From a virus (Duplodnaviria; Heunggongvirae; Uroviricota; Caudoviricetes): a DNA stretch of 64,000 bases. The notes under the pieces are model-generated. The model searched no databases. It saw nothing but the letters and a program-made list of their open reading frames with translations, and was not told where the DNA came from. A program made the position numbers and the translations under genes. The DNA is taken from IMG/VR virus record IMGVR_UViG_3300032330_001609, positions 5,975 to 69,974 of that record; one strand, 5' to 3'. Below are positions 59,242 to 64,000 of the stretch, in pieces; position 1 is the first letter of the stretch, and every line of letters begins with the position of its first letter.

Positions 59242-62200
59242 GTCGGAAAATATATTAGTGGAGTTTGATTACAACAATATAACAATTGTTGACCCAAATA
59301 AAGTAATAGATAGTCAAGGTAAAGTTAAAGACAGAAATGTCAAACAAGAAGATTTAGTAATGTATGCTAATTTGGAATGTAAAGTATTACCAAGAACTAA
59401 ACTAGCTCTTGGGGTTGCATCAAATGACCAAGTTAGAACAATTTCGGTTGCGTCAATTAATTTTCTTAATCCGGGTAATAAAGGGGTGTTAGATAATGCT
59501 TATACTGATGAAATTACCGGTAAAGATAGTTTAGCGGGGAATGGTGTTAATCAACCAAAAACTGAAAAAATATCAAACCCTAATAAGTCTGATGATTATT
59601 ATCTTAGACAAACTATTTCATCTAATGGTAAACCAGGCTCAATAGACAATGGTTTATTGGGAATTACGAACATTCAAATTAGACAAGGTTTGGATTTCTT
59701 ACCAACCATTACTATGGAATTGGAGGATATTAAAGGTCGTGCTATGTTTGAGGCGGGTAATAACTCACCTTATGCTGCTTTCTTTAATTTACCTTACCCA
59801 TTATTTTACCTAACAATTAAAGGTTATTACGGAAAAGCCGTTAGATTAGCTTTAATGTTACAAAACTTCACATCAAGATATGACACTTCAAGTGGAAATT
59901 TTAAAGTCAGTTTAACTTTTTATACTTACAAATACACAGTATTAAACGAAGTTTTAATGGGGTATTTACAAGCAATTCCATATATGTATTCTTCAAGAGT
60001 TAAAATACAACCGGTTAAAGGTGGACCGTCAAATTTCCAACTTCAAGAAAATAAATCGGTAGAATTAGGTTATCAAAAAATTAAAGAATTATATAGTGAA
60101 TATAAATCAAAAGGGTTAATACCTGACGATTTCCCGGAAATTACTGTTAAACAATTACGAAACAAGTTAGAGTTTTTTGTTAAAAATATTTTAGACGAAT
60201 TTAGTAAACAAAATATGGACCCATTAACCAATTTGGATACATATACTAAAACTTTAGAAGCATATACTAAAAGAGTTTATTATACTCAAGATTCATCAGA
60301 CCCATCTTGGTTTTATAAGTATATGGATACTGATGATTATTTTGTTTTAAAAGATGGTACAAAAGTTTATACTTTCAAAAAAGAATATAAGGATAAACCA
60401 AACGTTAGAAATAATGCACCAAGTGAATTGGCTGGTATTATTAAAAAATTTAATGATGAGTTACAGGCAAATACAACCGTTGGTAAAAACGGTTCTTATA
60501 CAATTGATAACACAACAGAAAAGCCACGAATACCAATTAATATAACACTTGATAGTTTTAAATATAAATTAAGTCAGGGTAATATTGATTTTGCTGAAAG
60601 TTATAGACAAAGAAAAAAAGTATCACAAGCGAGTGAACAAGATATTAAAGCGTTTGAATCTGAATTAGTTACTCAAGGTATTTTTAATAGTTCTGACATA
60701 GTACAAAAAAACGGTAAAAAAGAAGTAATTTATAATTATTTTATATTTGAGGGAAATCCTAAAACATTCATTGGTTTAACTAATGAAATGTTTAAAAGTT
60801 TAGAGTCTTATAGACAAAAAATACAAGACGCATTAACTAATGCGTTATCTAAATTATTATTAAATAAAGGTAAAAACGGTATTGGATTTGTTCCTAATAT
60901 TAGAAATGTTCTTGCGGTATTATTTGCTAATGGTGAGGCGTTTTTAAGATTAATGGATGATATCCATAGTAAGGCTTGGGACCAACGAGATAATATTATC
61001 AGAAAAGATGCAATTTTTGATGCGACAACTAAGAGTGCAAGTCAAGAACCTAGAGAAAATGAAACAGACCCTGTCTATCCTTGGCCTCAATTTATTGTGG
61101 CGACAAGTGGTGAAGATGGTCACGGAAAATATGAAATTAAATATCCGGGGGATTACACTGTTTTAAGTAAAACCAAAGGGTATCTTTATGATGTTTGGCC
61201 TGAAATTGAATTTGTTGAGGAGTTTATCAAAGGGTTTACTAAACAAGATAATCAAGATGCGGATAATAATACGACATTCAATGAAGTAACCAATGTTCAA
61301 AGAGTTTCAGTTAACGCAATTGAATTTCCTGTTAGTAATGTTGTTTATAATAACAAAGAAGAAGTTAAATTTTTCTATGAAATATTTGAAAGGTTATTTT
61401 TAACTAGTAATTATTCAAGATTATATAGAACAACAACATCAAGTTACGGTACCGGTGTTTTAACCGATGTTATCTCAGAAACCGAAAGTTTGAATATTAT
61501 TAATAGTCTAACAAATCAAAATCCTTTTTTAATTCAAAAATTAAAACAATTTGGGTTTAACGGTCAAAATTTTGATATAGTGTTAAGACATATTTCAAAT
61601 GATGGTATGGGTCAAAGTTGGCAAAATTTTATAAGAGGTATTTTTAATACAACTTATATTAAAAATTTGGTTAGTAATTCAAGTTTTCAGTTTATAAATG
61701 AAAATATTGTTGTATCACCATCAGGTAATCCAATTTCTTCATTAAAGAATGAGGATAAATTAGTTGAATATATACAAAATAATGACAATACAAATAATTT
61801 TGATTTATTAGACCTTTATCCTTTTACAAGATTAAGTTGGGATAATACTTATTTAGCAAACGGTGTTGCGGTATCAGATTCTTCATCATCATTTAGTACT
61901 AAGAATGTGATAACATATAATACAAGTTCTAAAGTTATTAGTAATTTTTTAGGTAGCACCGGTGTTGATAGTGTTAAACCTTTTACTAATTTCTCAACAA
62001 AAAATGTTGTTGCACCATACGGTTATGATACTAACTTAAAAACTTTTTATGAGAGTAGAACAAATGATATTCAGTTACCTACCGAAGGTAATCTTAGATA
62101 TTTTAATTATAGTGGATTGGTTAGTAGTGACCAAACAGTATCAATGTTAAACACTCCTTATTTTGTTAATTCAATTCAAGAAGGGGTTAAAAAGTATAGA

Positions 62201-64000
62201 AATTACGAGAGTTATCCATATGTGTCATCGGCATATTTGTTTATTAATAGTTTACCATTATCAACTTTAAGAGAAAAATATAAAACATATACGGGTAGTG
62301 ATTCAACTTATTCAGTTAAAGATTTAGATTATATATTTGCTACTTTGAAAAAATTTGGGGCAATCCATAAGATACCTTATGCTTGGTTATTAAAAATAGG
62401 TTCTGTTTGGCATCGGTATAAAACATATGTTGAAACAGGTAATGATATTTTAAATGAATCTTGGTCAGGGTTTAGTTATGTTAAAAATTATGACCCGGTA
62501 ACAAATTCACCACAAAGAGTTTATCCATTAACAATTGATGGTGCTCAAATAGATGTTGTATTAGAAAAAGATACAACATTAGGTCTTGAACTTTCAACGG
62601 TAATCAATACAGGTTTTTATCCTAAATTAATAAACGATTTTAATGTTTTTTATCAAGGGTTTGAAGTTTATTCGGGTTATACTGATACGGATATTCAATT
62701 AGGTTTTAACTCAGGGGTAACATTAAATTATGTACCTGAAGCAATTATAAATTTAGCGGAAGGATTTGACCCTAATAAACCAAAAAGGGATTTAAGAGTT
62801 ATACCTTGGTCTGTTTATATCAATACTTTTGATAAACAATTTTCATATGTAGTACCATCACAAGGTTCATTTATTAATCAAACATTAAATGAGTGTTTTT
62901 CGGGTTCAGGCATTAATACTAAAATGGTATATGAAGTTACGGGTAATACTGCGATGTATAATGGGTCTGTTAGATTATTATGGACCGCACCAAATTATGG
63001 ATATTTTGATAATAGTAAAGTTATCAAGTCAACACCTACGCAGTACTTAAAACAAATTTTTTCAGGTAAAAGTGAACAAGAAAATTTTTCAATTAATGGT
63101 ACATCAAGTGGTTATACAGAAATTAGTGAAATGTTTTCAGTTTTTGAAAAATCAGTATTGGATTTATTTGAGACCGAATTTTTGAATTTTTCTAAATCAG
63201 TTTATGATTATAATTCAGATGAAAATTATGTTAATTCATTACCATCAGATAAGTCGTTTAAAAATTTCCAAATGTTATTTAGAGATTTGATGAAAATCCC
63301 AAAAATTACCGGAACAACAAATACGACTAAAATAAATGATGCTCAACAAAAACAATTAGTTGGGTTTACAGATAAGATTAATAATTTTTTAAATTATAAT
63401 GTGGTATTCAAATACGGTAACCCGTCAAATTTTGATAAAAGATTATTTTATACATTTTCTAATTTACCAATAACTGACCCATATACTTGGGAAAATTATA
63501 ATATAGTAACACCAAATGCGTTACCCCCACAAACAACTTTAGTAAGTTCACAAACCTCTCGTCCAAATGTATGGAATGCGTTAAAATTATATGTTGGTTA
63601 TTCAGAAATTACTGAATTACAATATAAAAATAGTGGTTCATATATTACGGATTTCTTTATTGATTTGAATATTGCTTTTACGGTTGATAATGTAATTAAT
63701 TTTGCACCAATCATTAAAATATATGCAACACAAAAATTAAAAGACAATACATTGAACTTAAACAAGTTTTACAGTTTAATGAATGATTATTTAGCGTCGG
63801 TTGATAAATTTAGAAGTGATACAATAACTAATTTGATGATTGTTCTTAGAAATCAATTACCAAATGTTAATAATTCACCGGAAACAATTATTAATAGTAG
63901 ATTAGCCGGTGACCAAACAAAAGTAGAACATTGGGAAACTTTTAAGGCGTTAAATGATAAATGGATTGCTGGTGGTGACTTTAAAACAAAAACATTATTT
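59231..64000 (+). CDS. Very large putative baseplate hub protein, truncated by the window end (>1590 aa; MVDKSENILVEFDYNN...)
   Basis: ATG 59231 overlaps the LysM gene; frame checked open at both ends (...WIAGGDFKTKTLF); GITNIQI...ITMELEDIKG...FFNLPYPLFYLTIKGYYG. Absent from the ORF track. Confidence 0.8.
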   Translation, partial: MVDKSENILVEFDYNNITIVDPNKVIDSQGKVKDRNVKQEDLVMYANLECKVLPRTKLALGVASNDQVRTISVASINFLNPGNKGVLDNAYTDEITGKDSLAGNGVNQPKTEKISNPNKSDDYYLRQTISSNGKPGSIDNGLLGITNIQIRQGLDFLPTITMELEDIKGRAMFEAGNNSPYAAFFNLPYPLFYLTIKGYYGKAVRLALMLQNFTSRYDTSSGNFKVSLTFYTYKYTVLNEVLMGYLQAIPYMYSSRVKIQPVKGGPSNFQLQENKSVELGYQKIKELYSEYKSKGLIPDDFPEITVKQLRNKLEFFVKNILDEFSKQNMDPLTNLDTYTKTLEAYTKRVYYTQDSSDPSWFYKYMDTDDYFVLKDGTKVYTFKKEYKDKPNVRNNAPSELAGIIKKFNDELQANTTVGKNGSYTIDNTTEKPRIPINITLDSFKYKLSQGNIDFAESYRQRKKVSQASEQDIKAFESELVTQGIFNSSDIVQKNGKKEVIYNYFIFEGNPKTFIGLTNEMFKSLESYRQKIQDALTNALSKLLLNKGKNGIGFVPNIRNVLAVLFANGEAFLRLMDDIHSKAWDQRDNIIRKDAIFDATTKSASQEPRENETDPVYPWPQFIVATSGEDGHGKYEIKYPGDYTVLSKTKGYLYDVWPEIEFVEEFIKGFTKQDNQDADNNTTFNEVTNVQRVSVNAIEFPVSNVVYNNKEEVKFFYEIFERLFLTSNYSRLYRTTTSSYGTGVLTDVISETESLNIINSLTNQNPFLIQKLKQFGFNGQNFDIVLRHISNDGMGQSWQNFIRGIFNTTYIKNLVSNSSFQFINENIVVSPSGNPISSLKNEDKLVEYIQNNDNTNNFDLLDLYPFTRLSWDNTYLANGVAVSDSSSSFSTKNVITYNTSSKVISNFLGSTGVDSVKPFTNFSTKNVVAPYGYDTNLKTFYESRTNDIQLPTEGNLRYFNYSGLVSSDQTVSMLNTPYFVNSIQEGVKKYRNYESYPYVSSAYLFINSLPLSTLREKYKTYTGSDSTYSVKDLDYIFATLKKFGAIHKIPYAWLLKIGSVWHRYKTYVETGNDILNESWSGFSYVKNYDPVTNSPQRVYPLTIDGAQIDVVLEKDTTLGLELSTVINTGFYPKLINDFNVFYQGFEVYSGYTDTDIQLGFNSGVTLNYVPEAIINLAEGFDPNKPKRDLRVIPWSVYINTFDKQFSYVVPSQGSFINQTLNECFSGSGINTKMVYEVTGNTAMYNGSVRLLWTAPNYGYFDNSKVIKSTPTQYLKQIFSGKSEQENFSINGTSSGYTEISEMFSVFEKSVLDLFETEFLNFSKSVYDYNSDENYVNSLPSDKSFKNFQMLFRDLMKIPKITGTTNTTKINDAQQKQLVGFTDKINNFLNYNVVFKYGNPSNFDKRLFYTFSNLPITDPYTWENYNIVTPNALPPQTTLVSSQTSRPNVWNALKLYVGYSEITELQYKNSGSYITDFFIDLNIAFTVDNVINFAPIIKIYATQKLKDNTLNLNKFYSLMNDYLASVDKFRSDTITNLMIVLRNQLPNVNNSPETIINSRLAGDQTKVEHWETFKALNDKWIAGGDFKTKTLF

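Noticed and set aside
1-64000. Stop-codon reassignment
   Set aside because: Standard code yields dense, full-length genes.
1-64000. Giant eukaryotic virus or cellular origin suggested by GT60, GT10, papain and mucin-like proteins
   Set aside because: Sheath, tube, neck and baseplate genes plus bacterial terminators indicate a tailed phage.
1-64000. tRNA, rRNA or DGR elements
   Set aside because: Intergenic gaps are short; no cloverleaf, reverse transcriptase or template repeat recognised.

Overview
AT-rich segment of a large contractile-tailed (myovirus) dsDNA phage with a T4-like structural module. No Shine-Dalgarno motifs and A-rich leaders suggest a Bacteroidota-type host (inference). 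Left half (~0.7-35 kb): giant low-complexity, Cys-rich putative virion fibre/decoration proteins (four Thr-Pro-repeat proteins, a 1934-aa Gly-Thr-Ser triplet protein, a LamG-like/papain-protease fusion) interleaved with two glycosylation clusters (about 12 GT or GT-like domains, 2 methyltransferases). These include homologues of two protein-O-glycosylation initiators: a TibC/Aah-type Fe-binding heptosyltransferase and a GT60 polypeptide alpha-GlcNAc transferase. The best candidate for an undescribed system is a phage-encoded pathway that glycosylates its own mucin-like and collagen-like virion fibres. Right half: family B DNA polymerase, neck proteins, SNF2/HARP-like helicase, GIY-YIG homing endonuclease, tail terminator, an unannotated RHH regulator, enlarged sheath, HAD protein, tail tube, chaperone with a probable +1 frameshift, tape measure and baseplate genes. 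Window-wide signals: a TATTTAT(A/C) promoter motif before ~17 genes, CCGG enrichment coupled to CTGG/CCAG depletion (a VSP-repair-like footprint), and apparent absence of GATC and CATG. All family calls come from motif recognition, not database searches; counts are by hand.
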